Virus record (IMG/VR): IMGVR_UViG_3300024239_000011
Coordinates: 80,303 to 144,302 of that record
Direction: 5' to 3' (one strand)
From: a virus
Length of the DNA stretch: 64,000 nucleotides
Shown here: in pieces, positions 63,559 to 64,000 of the stretch
Layout: every line of letters begins with the position of its first letter
Position numbering within the stretch: position 1 is the stretch's first letter
The notes under the pieces: generated by a model
Databases searched by the model: none
Seen by the model: the letters and a program-made list of their open reading frames with translations, nothing else
What the model was told of the DNA's origin: nothing
Program-made: the position numbers and the translations under genes

Positions 63559-64000
63559 ATGGACGAAGAAGCGATTCCTGACCTGAAAATGGGTATCTAC
63601 AAGGGGTACTCCCGCATCAATCTCGGTTCAAAAGTGGCGGACCACATCATGAAAGTCGGTCCATATGTCGCGATCAGTGGGCGATGGTCGGAAGGCTTCT
63701 ATCTTACCCCAAGTGCCGCGAAGATCGACAACATGCCGTCGCAGCGGAAAGTGATGGATTCGCCCGGAACCAACGGCGGGCGTGCGTTCCCCCTGTTCGT
63801 GGATTTCAACTCCCGAACCCTTGGTGATCTTCCTTTCACCCGGCTCAGTGCCACACCAATTCAGGTGGAGTTTCAAAAGGATGGGCGCCTGTGGCTGCGT
63901 ACCGATATCCTTAACCTGAAGTCATTGGACATCGAGCCGTCTGCCCCCGCAGAACCGGTGGCAAAACCTGCCGATACCGTCGTGCGAGTGCAGCGTACCC
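63559..64000 (+). CDS. hypothetical protein (partial; runs off window end)
   Basis: GGAGG RBS then ATG; open to end of window. Confidence 0.45.
   Translation, partial: MDEEAIPDLKMGIYKGYSRINLGSKVADHIMKVGPYVAISGRWSEGFYLTPSAAKIDNMPSQRKVMDSPGTNGGRAFPLFVDFNSRTLGDLPFTRLSATPIQVEFQKDGRLWLRTDILNLKSLDIEPSAPAEPVAKPADTVVRVQRT

Noticed and set aside
1-64000. CRISPR arrays
   Set aside because: No regularly spaced direct repeats of 25-40 nt were seen. The repeats present are tRNA duplicates and terminator hairpins.

Overview
Hand annotation only: no tRNA-folding or homology software was run, so every tRNA parse and protein call needs tool confirmation. The 64-kb window looks like part of a large (jumbo-type) phage or phage-derived element at about 50% GC. 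It is gene-dense with short overlapping genes, many homing endonucleases and a very large tRNA gene complement.

- **tRNA content.** I count about 50 tRNA or tRNA-like genes, almost all on the minus strand. The densest array is at 15.8-25.2 kb; others are scattered at 853, 2936, 3839, 8455, 9741, 10506, 11439, 14092, 36335, 39090, 43192, 51280, 52570 and 56406/56520.
- **Canonical and duplicated tRNAs.** Canonical genes include Leu(TAA/GAG/TAG/CAA), Ser(GCT/GGA), Asn, Trp, Phe, Thr, Arg, Val, Ala, Ile, Gly and several Met/Ile2 (CAT). Gly(GCC) is present twice as a perfect 75-nt repeat and one Met(CAT) twice as an 80-nt repeat.
- **Non-canonical tRNAs.** Several 83-92 nt long-variable-arm (type II) tRNAs carry anticodons GCA, GTT, TTT, CTT or TCC, which are not Leu/Ser/Tyr anticodons (allo-tRNA-like). 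Other tRNA-like genes have enlarged D regions, unusual T-loops, or are truncated.
- **Intron-split tRNA.** One tRNA at 36335..36629 is split by a roughly 220-nt insertion with hallmark group IC3 (tRNA-Leu-type) intron core sequences.
- **Homing endonucleases.** At least 12 genes are present. Five belong to one paralogous HNH family, each sitting directly beside a tRNA gene. There are also a LAGLIDADG gene overlapping the duplicated tRNA-Gly, an HNH-NUMOD3 gene, a PD-(D/E)xK-type gene and three other HNH genes.
- **Translation and RNA-repair genes.** These include a ValRS-like synthetase that lacks the CP1 editing domain and the C-terminal domains, a Tpt1/KptA RNA 2'-phosphotransferase, and two paralogous tRNA-nucleotidyltransferase-family enzymes (CCA-adding / poly(A) polymerase head domain), one in an operon with an SspB-like protein.
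- **Other recognisable genes.** NUDIX hydrolase, Ham1/RdgB ITPase, HD-domain (p)ppGpp-hydrolase-like protein, secreted thermonuclease, CheY-like receiver, AI-2E family transporter, class-3 lipase, Bax-type glucosaminidase, CPBP intramembrane protease, a flotillin (YqiK) / NfeD (YqiJ) / YqeY block, phage tail-fibre and tail-fibre-assembly-like genes, and an AT-rich tandem LamG-domain gene.
- **Regulatory elements.** Several clean intrinsic terminators are visible.
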